A DNA stretch of 64,000 nt from Candidatus Limnocylindria bacterium (GTDB lineage: Bacteria > Chloroflexota > Limnocylindria > Limnocylindrales > CSP1-4): positions 21,460 through 85,459 of the forward strand of contig JBKHXL010000063.1 of assembly GCA_046566045.1 (NCBI GenBank). The letters are read 5' to 3'. The translations under genes and the position numbers were made by a program. Within the stretch, counting starts at the first letter, position 1. Each line of letters starts with the position of its first letter. This document shows, one piece after another, positions 1-7,985 of the stretch. The notes under the pieces were generated by a model that saw only the letters and a list, made by a program, of their open reading frames with translations, was not told where the DNA came from and made no database searches.

Positions 1-2
1 GC

Positions 3-773
3 CTGACGCCCGACGTCATCTACGACCAGATGATCGCGGCCGGGGTCGCGCGCAAGCTCGTCTTCTCGTGGCTCGGGAACCCGGGCGTCGGCGGCCTCGG
101 CGCGGTCCGCCGCCGGATCGAGGGCGAGATCCCGGACGAACCCCTCGAGGTCGAGGAGTACAGCCACTTCGGGATGGTCGGGCGCTACACGGCGGGCGCG
201 ATGCACCTGCCGTTCTTCCCGCTGCGCTCGTACTTCGAGACCGACCTGCCGGTCGCCAATCCGCGCATCCAGCCGATCCGCTCCCCGTACGGCGACGAGA
301 CCATCTATGCCGTCCCGCCGCTGCGACCGGACGTCACCATCGTCCACGCCCAGCGGGCGTCGGCCGCTGGCGACACGCAGGTCTGGGGCCTGCTCGGATG
401 CCAGAAGGAGGCGGCCTTCGCAGCCGACCGGGTGATCGTGGTGGTCGAGGAGCTCGTCTCCGATGAGGTCATCCGGGCCGATCCGAACCGGACCATCATC
501 CCGGGCCTCATCGTCGACGCGGTGGTCGTCGAGCCGTGGGGCGCGCACCCGTCGTACGTCCAGGGCGCCTACGACCGGGACAACCGCTTCTACCTGGACT
601 GGGACCCGATCACCCGGTCCGAGGCGGCCGTCCAGGCGTGGCTGCGCGAGTGGGTCCACGATCTCGACGGCCGGGCAGCGTACATGGACAAGCTCGGCGC
701 GGAGCGCCAGGCGTCGCTGCGGCCGTCGGAGCCCGCGCCGTCCGGCGCGGTGGACTACGGCGCGTACCGATGA
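3..773 (+). CDS. Family I CoA-transferase subunit A (glutaconate/3-oxoadipate CoA-transferase type), 5' truncated by the window edge
   Basis: Frame is open from base 3 (LTPDVIYDQMIAAG...); motifs FSWLGNPG, EEYSH, PDVTIVHAQRA, GAHPSY; ATGA overlap with subunit B. Confidence 0.85.
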   Translation: MTPDVIYDQMIAAGVARKLVFSWLGNPGVGGLGAVRRRIEGEIPDEPLEVEEYSHFGMVGRYTAGAMHLPFFPLRSYFETDLPVANPRIQPIRSPYGDETIYAVPPLRPDVTIVHAQRASAAGDTQVWGLLGCQKEAAFAADRVIVVVEELVSDEVIRADPNRTIIPGLIVDAVVVEPWGAHPSYVQGAYDRDNRFYLDWDPITRSEAAVQAWLREWVHDLDGRAAYMDKLGAERQASLRPSEPAPSGAVDYGAYR

Positions 774-1558
774 GCGCCGCCGACCCCCGGCCGTTCACCC
801 GGTCCGAGATGATGATCGTCGCGGCGGCCCGGGCCCTCGAGGGCCAGCGGGTCTGCTTCGTCGGGGTCGGCCTGCCCAATATCGCGGTCAACCTGGCCCA
901 GCGCACGGTCGCCCCGCAGCTCGAGATGGTCTACGAGGCGGGGGTCTTCGGGGCCCGGCCGCAACGCCTTCCCCTGAGCATCGGCGACCCGACCATCGTG
1001 ACCGGCTCGACCGCCGTGGTCAGCATGTTCGAATTGTTCGGGTTCTACCTGCAGGGCGGGCTGATCGACGTCGGCTTCCTGGGGGCGGCGCAGATCGACC
1101 GGTTCGGCAACATCAACACGACCGTCATCGGCGACTACGCGGCGCCGACGACGCGCCTGCCCGGCAGCGGCGGGGCGTGCGAGATCGCGATCAACGCCCG
1201 CGAGGTGTTCGTGATCATGCGCCAGAGCGCGCGCTCGTTCGTCGAGCGCATCGACTTCCGGACGTCGCCCGGGAACCTCGGCGGTGCCGAGCAGGCCGAG
1301 CGGATCCGGCGCGAGGGCGGCTGGCTCGGGCGCGGACCGTCGGTCGTGGTGACCGACCTCGGCATCTACCGCTTCGACGAGGACGGCGAGATGCGCCTCG
1401 ATTCGCTCCACCCGGGCGCGACGGTCGTCGACGTGCGGGCCACCATCGGCTGGGACGTGCGCATCGCCGACGACCTGGCCGCCACGCCGCCGCCGACCGA
1501 GACGGAGCTGCGCCTCGTGCGCGAGGAGCTGGACCCCGGCGGCGTCTACACGAAGTAG
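770..1558 (+). CDS. CoA-transferase subunit B
   Basis: ATG at 770 overlaps the upstream TGA; FVGVGLP, MVYEAG (catalytic Glu region), GAAQIDRFGNIN, LPGSGGA, VVVTDLG. Confidence 0.88.
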   Translation: MSAADPRPFTRSEMMIVAAARALEGQRVCFVGVGLPNIAVNLAQRTVAPQLEMVYEAGVFGARPQRLPLSIGDPTIVTGSTAVVSMFELFGFYLQGGLIDVGFLGAAQIDRFGNINTTVIGDYAAPTTRLPGSGGACEIAINAREVFVIMRQSARSFVERIDFRTSPGNLGGAEQAERIRREGGWLGRGPSVVVTDLGIYRFDEDGEMRLDSLHPGATVVDVRATIGWDVRIADDLAATPPPTETELRLVREELDPGGVYTK

Positions 1559-1848
1559 CGGGGCGGGCGGGCCCTCGCGACGGCCGCGCCGTACCTCCGC
1601 CGAGTGCCGCCCGGCCCCCGGGCCGCCTCCCAGGCCACCCCCGGCCACGTTCCCTGCGCGAGCCGCCGCGCTCGCTGCGCGGACATCCCAGCGGCGGAAC
1701 CATCGGGGGACGGCATACAGGCGGTGCTCCGTAGCCGTTGTGCTCGCGTGGCGGACGACGTGGCGGGGGAGAGGCCGGTGGTGGGGGCTTCCGTCGCCCA
1801 TGTGTCCGCTCAGCGGACGCGGGCATCGGTGGCGAGCTGGCGGGTCCC

Positions 1849-2307
1849 TCAGGCGGCCGAGCCCGCGGCCGTGCCGCGCACGACGACCACCGGGCACGGG
1901 GCGTTGCGCACGACGTGATCGGACACACTGCCGAACAGGGAGCGCTCGACGCCCCGGCGTCCGTGCGAGCCGAGCACGATCAGGCCTGCCTGTTCCGCGG
2001 TGGCGGCTTCCACGATCGCCTCACCGGGGTCGCCCTCCCAGACCAGGAAGTTCGTTCGGACACCCGCCTCGCGGGCGCGTCGCACGAGGGCCTGCGCGGC
2101 GACCTCCCGCTCGCGGCGGACCTGGTCAACCCGGGCGCGGTAGCGGCCGCCGGGCAGGCGGAGCGTGCCGAGGTCGATGACGCTCACCGCGATGAGTCGG
2201 GCGCCGAGTCCCGCGGCGAGCCGGACCGCCTCCTCTTCGGCGGGCGATGAGGTGGCGGACAGGTCCGTCGCCAGCATCACCGCGTCGAACGGTCGCGGCT
2301 CGATCAT
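1849..2307 (-). CDS. Universal stress protein (USP)
   Basis: MLATDLS N-terminus; LIVLGSHGRRGVERSLFGSVSDHVVRNAPCPVVVV signature; true start is ATG at 2307 inside a longer ORF. Confidence 0.93.
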   Translation of the reverse strand: MIEPRPFDAVMLATDLSATSSPAEEEAVRLAAGLGARLIAVSVIDLGTLRLPGGRYRARVDQVRREREVAAQALVRRAREAGVRTNFLVWEGDPGEAIVEAATAEQAGLIVLGSHGRRGVERSLFGSVSDHVVRNAPCPVVVVRGTAAGSAA

Positions 2308-2342
2308 CGCGGGACGGGGGAGACGGAGGACGGGGCCATGCG

Positions 2343-2410
2343 GGCATGGTCGCGACCATGCCGGGATGCCGGAAGTGACCATGGTCCCGGAAGCGGGTGA
2401 CCTGTGGCCC
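2343..2410. promoter_or_regulatory. Candidate DosR-type operator array between the divergent usp and sensor kinase genes
   Basis: Perfect 20-bp palindrome GGCATGGTCG-CGACCATGCC (2343-2362); GTGACcatgGTCCC (2375-2388) and GTGACctgtGGCCC (2397-2410) resemble the DosR core GGGAC-N4-GTCCC. Confidence 0.55.
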
Positions 2411-2439
2411 CCCGGCGCCGCCCTGCTACGCTCCCTGCC

Positions 2440-3612
2440 ATGCGCGAGCGCCGGCTTGATCCGATCCTGGCCGAGGACACCTTCGAGGCGCTCGACGCAG
2501 CGACGCGGGCCATCGCCGAGACCCTCGACCTCGAGGCGGTCCTCCAGCTCATCGTCGAGCAGGTCCGCGACCTCGTGGACGCTCGCTACGCCGCGCTCGG
2601 GATCGCCGACGGGCATGGCCGGCTCGAGCGCTTCATCACCGTCGGGATCGATCCGGCGACGCGGGCGGCGATCGGTCCGCTGCCGGTCGGTCACGGCCTG
2701 CTCGGCGTGATCATCCGGGAGGGGCGTACCCTGCGCATCCCGGACATCGCCGCGCATCCCGATTCGTACGGCTTCCCGCCGCACCATCCGCCGATGACCT
2801 CGCTGCTGGGCGTCCCCATCACCGTGACGGGTCGGTCGATCGGCGACCTGTACCTGACCGACAAGCGTGGCGCCATCGAATTCAGCGAGGCCGACCAACG
2901 CGTCGTCGAGCTGTTCGCGCGACACGCCGGCATCGCCATCGAGAACGCCCGGCTGCACGACCGCCTGGCCGCCCTGCGCGTCGTCGCCGAGCGCGAGCGG
3001 ATCGGGCGCGACCTGCACGACGGGGTGATCCAGGGGCTGTACGCCGTCGGCCTGTCGCTCGAGGAGGTCCCGGAGCTGATCCGCGATCGGCCCGAGGAGG
3101 CCGCCGAACGGGTCGATGCCGCGATCGACGCGATCCACCGCTCGATCGGGGAGATCCGCGGCTTCATCATCGGTCTGCGGCCCGGGTTCCATTCGGCCGA
3201 CCTGGTGGCCGGCATCGCGGCCCAGGCGGACGACCTCCAGCTGAGCTCCACGATCGACGTGGAGACCGACCTCGACGTCCCGACCGCGGTCGTCGAGGCG
3301 CTGCCGGCCGACGCGCGGGGCGAGCTGCTCCACCTGGCCCGCGAGGCGCTCAGCAACGTCGTCCGCCACAGCCGGGCGACCCAGGTCCGCATCGAGATGC
3401 GGCTCGATGCCGATGACGTGGTCCTCGAGATCGCCGACAACGGCATCGGGTTCGATGCCGCGGCGCCACAGCCGGAGGGCCATCACGGCCTGCTCAACCT
3501 GCGCCAGCGCGCCGCGGCCGCCGGTGGACGGCTCGAACTCGATACCATGCCGGGGAGCGGGACGCGCCTGATCGTCCATGTCCCGACGGCAAGGGGAGCG
3601 CGCGATCGATGA
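2440..3612 (+). CDS. GAF-domain sensor histidine kinase, DosS/DevS-like (HisKA_3 + HATPase)
   Basis: GFPPHHPPM...GDLYLTDK GAF motif; ERERIGRDLHDGVIQGLY H-box; EALSNVVRHS N-box; DNGIGFD G1; leaderless (TACGCT-7nt-ATG). Confidence 0.92.
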   Translation: MRERRLDPILAEDTFEALDAATRAIAETLDLEAVLQLIVEQVRDLVDARYAALGIADGHGRLERFITVGIDPATRAAIGPLPVGHGLLGVIIREGRTLRIPDIAAHPDSYGFPPHHPPMTSLLGVPITVTGRSIGDLYLTDKRGAIEFSEADQRVVELFARHAGIAIENARLHDRLAALRVVAERERIGRDLHDGVIQGLYAVGLSLEEVPELIRDRPEEAAERVDAAIDAIHRSIGEIRGFIIGLRPGFHSADLVAGIAAQADDLQLSSTIDVETDLDVPTAVVEALPADARGELLHLAREALSNVVRHSRATQVRIEMRLDADDVVLEIADNGIGFDAAAPQPEGHHGLLNLRQRAAAAGGRLELDTMPGSGTRLIVHVPTARGARDR

Positions 3613-4289
3613 CGACACCGGAACGAGCGTCGAGTGAGCCGCCCCTGCGCCTGCTGGTGGTGGACGACCACGAGGTCGTGCGCCAGGGCCTGGTCGCCCT
3701 GCTCGACCGGCGTGAGACCTTCCAGGTCGTGGCCGAGGCCGGTACCGTGGCCGAGGCGATCGACGCCGCGCGCCGCTTCAAGCCCGACATCGTGATCATG
3801 GACGTCCGGCTGCCGGACGGCTCCGGCGTCGAGGCGTGCCGCGAGATCCGCGCCGAGTTCCCGGCCACCAGGGTGGTCATGCTGACGTCGTACCCCGACG
3901 AGGAGGCCGTGCTGTCGGCCATCGTCGCGGGCGCGGCCGGCTACCTGCTCAAGCAGATCCGGGCACGTGACCTCATCGCCGCGCTGGAGACGGTCGGCCG
4001 GGGCGGGTCGCTGCTCGACCCCGCCGTCACGGAGAAGGTCCTCGAGCGGGTGCGCCGCATCGCGTCCGGCGGCCAGACCGACGAGCTGGCGGCGCTGACC
4101 GCCCAGGAACAGCGCATCCTGATGCTCGTCGCGGAGGGCATGACCAACAAGGAGATCGCGGCCGAGATCTTCCTGTCGGACAAGACCGTCAAGAACTACG
4201 TCAGTTCGATCCTGTCGAAGCTCAACCTCGAGCGTCGCGCCCAGGCTGCCGCGTTCGTCGCCAGGCACAAGCTCGACATCGGCGGGTAG
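3609..4289 (+). CDS. NarL/DosR-family response regulator
   Basis: VVDDHEVVRQG and IMDVRLPDG receiver motifs; LuxR HTH with a DosR-like KTVKNYVS helix; ATGA overlap with the kinase. Confidence 0.95.
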   Translation: MTTPERASSEPPLRLLVVDDHEVVRQGLVALLDRRETFQVVAEAGTVAEAIDAARRFKPDIVIMDVRLPDGSGVEACREIRAEFPATRVVMLTSYPDEEAVLSAIVAGAAGYLLKQIRARDLIAALETVGRGGSLLDPAVTEKVLERVRRIASGGQTDELAALTAQEQRILMLVAEGMTNKEIAAEIFLSDKTVKNYVSSILSKLNLERRAQAAAFVARHKLDIGG

Positions 4290-4347
4290 GGCCTCGCCCG
4301 GCGCGCGCGGCGCGCGCCGCGCCTGACGGGGCCCCCTGCCGTCCGAC

Positions 4348-4401
4348 CCGGGCCGGGTCCCGGCCGGACGTGACCACCGGCACTGATGCGCAGATGCGCA
4401 T
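4348..4401. promoter_or_regulatory. Candidate DosR-like boxes plus an ArsR-type operator upstream of the sulfur-relay operon
   Basis: CCGGGccggGTCCC (4348-4361), GTGACcaccGGCAC (4370-4383), perfect inverted repeat ATGCGCA-ga-TGCGCAT (4386-4401). Confidence 0.5.
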
Positions 4402-4419
4402 ACGTCGGATGCTGCGGCC

Positions 4420-4776
4420 ATGGACGAGATCACCATCCTCCAGGCCGAGGTCCTCAAGGTGCTGGCCAGCCCGCGCCGGCTCGAGATCCTGCACTGCCTG
4501 GCCGACGGTCCCCGCGAGGTCGGGCGCATCGCGGCCGAGCTCGATCTGAGCCAGCCGAACGTCTCGCAGCACCTGGCGGTCATGCGCCAGGCCGGCATCG
4601 TCGACGCCGACCGGGTCGGTCGCGGGGTGCGCTACCGGCTGACGGATCCCGACGTGATCGTCGCCTGCGGCGTGATGCGCGCGGTGCTGGAGCGCCGCCT
4701 CCAGCGGCTTGCCGCGCTGTCGAACGGGACGGCCGTCCCGGTCCCCACCCGCATCCCCATCAGCCCCCCGAGGTGA
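4420..4776 (+). CDS. ArsR/SmtB-family repressor with two cysteines (possibly persulfide-sensing)
   Basis: LASPRRLEILHCL, SQPNVSQHLAVMR helix, YRL wing; Cys26 and Cys83. Confidence 0.9.
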   Translation: MDEITILQAEVLKVLASPRRLEILHCLADGPREVGRIAAELDLSQPNVSQHLAVMRQAGIVDADRVGRGVRYRLTDPDVIVACGVMRAVLERRLQRLAALSNGTAVPVPTRIPISPPR

Positions 4777-4781
4777 GCCCC

Positions 4782-5195
4782 ATGGACGAGTCCCTGAACC
4801 TGGTCCTGTTCTCCGGCACGGACGACAAGCTGCAGGCCGCCGCGGTCCTGACCGCCGGCGCCGCGGCGCTCGGCAAGCCGGTCAACATCTTCCTGCAGTA
4901 CTGGGCGCTGGACGCTTTCCGGGCCGATCGCATCGGCCGCGATCACGGCCTGGCCCCGGAGGCCGGCACGACCGGTCGGGAGGCCGTCGACGCCCTGGCC
5001 AGGGCCGGCCAGGCCAGCTGGGCCGAGACCCTGCGCCAGGCCAAGGACCTCGGCGCGGTGGACATCCAGGCGTGCTCGCTGTCGATGGACCTGCTGCGCC
5101 TGGACGACGGCGACCTGGACCCCCTGGTCGATGGCGTCGAGGGCGTCGCGGCCTTCTACATCAACGCTGGCGACGGCCAGATCGTCTTCATCTGA
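4782..5195 (+). CDS. DsrE/DsrF/DsrE2-like sulfur-relay protein
   Basis: LNLVLFSGTDDKLQAA...VNIFLQYWAL N-terminus; IQACSLSMDL conserved Cys; C-terminal IVFI. Confidence 0.82.
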   Translation: MDESLNLVLFSGTDDKLQAAAVLTAGAAALGKPVNIFLQYWALDAFRADRIGRDHGLAPEAGTTGREAVDALARAGQASWAETLRQAKDLGAVDIQACSLSMDLLRLDDGDLDPLVDGVEGVAAFYINAGDGQIVFI

Positions 5196-5214
5196 GCCAC
5201 GAAAGGGGCACCAC

Positions 5215-5451
5215 ATGAGCGTCGTCGAGATCACCCGGACGGTGGACGCCACGGGGCTGTCCTGCCCGTTGCCGATCGTGCGGACCGCACAGGCCAGCAA
5301 GGTCCTTCCGTCCGGTGCCGTCATCGAGGTGCTGGCCACCGACGCGGGGTCGATCAAGGACTTCGCGGCCTGGTGCAAGGCGACCGGCAACGAGCTCATC
5401 GAGCAGACCGTGGATGACGGCGTGTACCGCTTCGTCATCCGCCGGAAGTGA
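5215..5451 (+). CDS. tusA: TusA-family sulfurtransferase
   Basis: VDATGLSCPLP (CPxP) motif, LATDAGS..DF.AW, RFVIRR; SD GAAAGGGG. Confidence 0.92.
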   Translation: MSVVEITRTVDATGLSCPLPIVRTAQASKVLPSGAVIEVLATDAGSIKDFAAWCKATGNELIEQTVDDGVYRFVIRRK

Positions 5452-5459
5452 GACACGAC

Positions 5460-6011
5460 ATGACCACCGCCACGATCGACGCGCCGGCCGCCGAGCCCGC
5501 CGCCGAGGCCGCCGCCGAGGCCGCCGCCGAAGCGCGCCCCAAGGAGTTCCTGATCATCGACTACAGCGGTGACCTCGAGAAGGTCTGGGCGTCGATGATC
5601 CTGGCCTCCACGAGCGCCGCCATGGGCGTCCGGACCCGCGTCTTCGTCACGTTCTGGGGCCTCCAGGCGTTCGTCAGGGACGAGCGCCGGGTGACCGGTC
5701 GGAACTGGATGCAGAAGATGCTGTCGGTGCTGCAGCGCCCGGGGATCAGCCACCGGAAGCTCAGCAGGATGGACGTCTTCGGCATGGGCCCCTGGATGAT
5801 GCGCAAGCTCGCCGCGCAGTACCACGTCGCCAGCCCCAAGGAGCTTCTCGAGGCTGCCCAGGCGATGGGCGTCGAGTTCATCCCGTGCCAGATGACCATG
5901 GACATGTTCGGCCTCACGCCGGACGACATGATCGAGGGCATGAGCGAGCCGGTCGGTGCGGCCACCGTCATCGGCCTGCTGACCGAAGACTCCGTCCCGC
6001 TGTTCATCTGA
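5460..6011 (+). CDS. DsrE2/DsrE3-family (DrsE-like) sulfur-relay protein
   Basis: YSGDLEK..ASMILASTSAAMG..VFVTFWGL; FIPCQMTMDMFG conserved Cys; VGAAT; C-terminal PLFI. Confidence 0.88.
   Translation: MTTATIDAPAAEPAAEAAAEAAAEARPKEFLIIDYSGDLEKVWASMILASTSAAMGVRTRVFVTFWGLQAFVRDERRVTGRNWMQKMLSVLQRPGISHRKLSRMDVFGMGPWMMRKLAAQYHVASPKELLEAAQAMGVEFIPCQMTMDMFGLTPDDMIEGMSEPVGAATVIGLLTEDSVPLFI
5487..5534 (+). repeat. Four copies of a 12-bp tandem repeat encoding AAE(P/A)
   Basis: gccgccgagccc / gccgccgaggcc x2 / gccgccgaagcg in the N-terminal linker of the second DsrE. Confidence 0.85.
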
Positions 6012-6031
6012 CCGCGAAAGGATTCACCGTC

Positions 6032-6277
6032 ATGACCGAGACCGCCACCACCGTCACCCGCACCGTGGATGCCCGCGGCAGCTTCTGCCCCGGGCCGCTG
6101 ATGGAGCTCATCCGCGCCATCCGCGAGTCCGAGGTCGGCGATGTCATCGCCGTCCTGTCGTCCGACAAGGGTTCCAAGGTGGACATCCCCACGTGGGTCG
6201 AGAAGGCCGGCCACCGCCTGGTCGCCCTCGAGGCCCGCGACGGCCACGACGAGATCGTCGTCGAGAAGCGTCGCTAG
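6032..6277 (+). CDS. tusA: TusA-family sulfurtransferase (second copy)
   Basis: VDARGSFCPGP (CPxP) motif, LSSDKGSKVDIPTWV; SD AAAGGA. Confidence 0.9.
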   Translation: MTETATTVTRTVDARGSFCPGPLMELIRAIRESEVGDVIAVLSSDKGSKVDIPTWVEKAGHRLVALEARDGHDEIVVEKRR

Positions 6278-6290
6278 GAAGGACCCTGAC

Positions 6291-7448
6291 ATGCAGCGGA
6301 TCGTCATCCTGGGCGGCGGCGTCGGAGGGACGCTGACTGCCAATCTCCTGGCCAAGCGGCTGCGCACGCGCATCGACGCCGGCGAGGTCGAGCTCGTCGT
6401 GGTGGACGCCACCGGGACGCACGTCTACCAGCCCGGGTTCATGTACATCGCCATGGGCGGGGAGAAGGCGGCGAACCTGGAGCGCCCGGAGCGCTCGCTG
6501 CTCGACAAGCGAGTGACCCTGCTCGTCGGTGACGTCGTGCGCGTCGACGAGACGCGCCGGGTGATCGCCCTGGCCGACGGCATGGAGCTGGGTTACGACC
6601 AGCTCGTGCTGGCGACCGGATCGCGCATCGCCCCGGAGGCGATCCCGCACTTCGACGAGGAGGCCCACCACTTCTACACCGCCGCGGCCTCGGCCCGGCT
6701 GCGGGCCGCACTCGACGCGTTCAGGGGCGGTCGCATCGTGATCGGCATCGCCGGCATGCCCTACAAGTGCCCGCCGGCGCCGCTCGAGGTCGCCTTCCTC
6801 ATCGAGGCGGAGCTGCGCGAGCGCGGCCTGCGCGAGCGGACCACGCTCGACTACTGCTCACCCATCGGGCGCGCGTTCACCATCGAGAGCGTGTCCGGGA
6901 TGGCCACGCCGATCCTGGAGCAGAAGGGCATCGAGCTGCACACGTTCTTCAACGTCGAGGCGATCGATCCCGAACGCAAGGTCGTGCAGTCGCTCGAGGG
7001 AGAGGAGCTGCCCTACGATCTGCTCATCCTCGTTCCGCCGCACACGGGCCAGCCGTTCCTGATGGACTCCGGCCTGGCGCCCGCGCCGGGCGGCTGGCTG
7101 CCGACCGACCGGCACACGCTGCTCGTCGGCGACCGGACCGATGTGTACGCCCTGGGCGACGCCACCGACCTGCCGCTGTCCAAGGCCGGGTCGACGGCGC
7201 ACTTCGAAGCGCCGATCGTGGCCGAGCGGATCGCGGCGGCCATCGAGGGCCGCGAGCCCTCCGGGAAGCATGCCGACTACGAGGGCAAGGTCATGTGCTT
7301 CTTCGAGGTCGGGGACGGCAAGGGCACGCTGCTGCAGTTCGACTACGACCACCCGCCCAGGCCGCCGAAGCCGAACCAGTTGTGGCACCTGGGCAAGATC
7401 GTCTTCAACAAGACGTACTGGCACACGGTCCCCAAGGGCCGGGTCTAG
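6291..7448 (+). CDS. sqr: Sulfide:quinone oxidoreductase-like flavoprotein (type III/SqrC-like)
   Basis: IVILGGGVGG Rossmann motif, HVYQPG, YKCPPAPLE active-site Cys, YALGDA, KAGSTAH, YEGKVMCF second Cys, C-terminal amphipathic K.YW helix. Confidence 0.85.
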   Translation: MQRIVILGGGVGGTLTANLLAKRLRTRIDAGEVELVVVDATGTHVYQPGFMYIAMGGEKAANLERPERSLLDKRVTLLVGDVVRVDETRRVIALADGMELGYDQLVLATGSRIAPEAIPHFDEEAHHFYTAAASARLRAALDAFRGGRIVIGIAGMPYKCPPAPLEVAFLIEAELRERGLRERTTLDYCSPIGRAFTIESVSGMATPILEQKGIELHTFFNVEAIDPERKVVQSLEGEELPYDLLILVPPHTGQPFLMDSGLAPAPGGWLPTDRHTLLVGDRTDVYALGDATDLPLSKAGSTAHFEAPIVAERIAAAIEGREPSGKHADYEGKVMCFFEVGDGKGTLLQFDYDHPPRPPKPNQLWHLGKIVFNKTYWHTVPKGRV

Positions 7449-7478
7449 GCCACGCGAGGCACTGACGGGAGGAACGGC

Positions 7479-7913
7479 ATGCTCTCGAACATACTGCTCG
7501 CCGTCGACGGCAGCGACGCCGCACTTGGGGCCGCTCGGGCGGCCGCCGCGCTGGCGGCTGCGACGGGCGGATCCATCCGGGTCCTGAGCGTCCATCACGA
7601 GCCCGCCGATTCGCTCGGCGAGCCGCTCTACTCCGCCTCGTTGGACCGTTCCCTCGACGAGGCGGAGGAGCACCTCTCCGCCGCGGTCGCCGCGATCCGA
7701 GCGGCCGGCGGCCCTGAGCCGACGATCGACCGGCTGGCCGGCCATCCGGCGGACGCGATCCTGTCCGCGGCCGACGCGGGCCACCACGACGTGATCGTCC
7801 TGGGCAACCGCGGCCGCGGCCGCGTGGCCGCCGCACTGCTCGGCTCGGTCTCGACGGCCGTGGCCTCGCGGGCGAGGATCCCGGTCCTCATCATCCCGCA
7901 CGAGGCGGGCTGA
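7479..7913 (+). CDS. Universal stress protein (USP)
   Basis: ILLAVDGSD; DVIVLGNRGRG...LLGSVS..VA..ARIPVLII. Confidence 0.93.
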   Translation: MLSNILLAVDGSDAALGAARAAAALAAATGGSIRVLSVHHEPADSLGEPLYSASLDRSLDEAEEHLSAAVAAIRAAGGPEPTIDRLAGHPADAILSAADAGHHDVIVLGNRGRGRVAAALLGSVSTAVASRARIPVLIIPHEAG

Positions 7914-7929
7914 ACCCACGCCGACGCGA

Positions 7930-7961
7930 CGGCGCCCCCGGTCGGCCGACCGGGGGCGCCG
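7930..7961. terminator. Perfect 32-bp palindrome between convergent genes, likely bidirectional terminator
   Basis: cggcgcccccggtcgg-ccgaccgggggcgccg. Confidence 0.7.
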
Positions 7962-7985
7962 CGCTGTGCTCGGCCGCGGAGCGGC

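Noticed and set aside
1559-1848. 290-bp gap with short ORFs and a 15-bp palindrome (1804-1818)
   Set aside because: No coding motif, SD or recognisable RNA; the palindrome is probably only a terminator stem.
2308-3618. 589-aa USP fusion
   Set aside because: The extension is antisense to the kinase; the USP starts at 2307.
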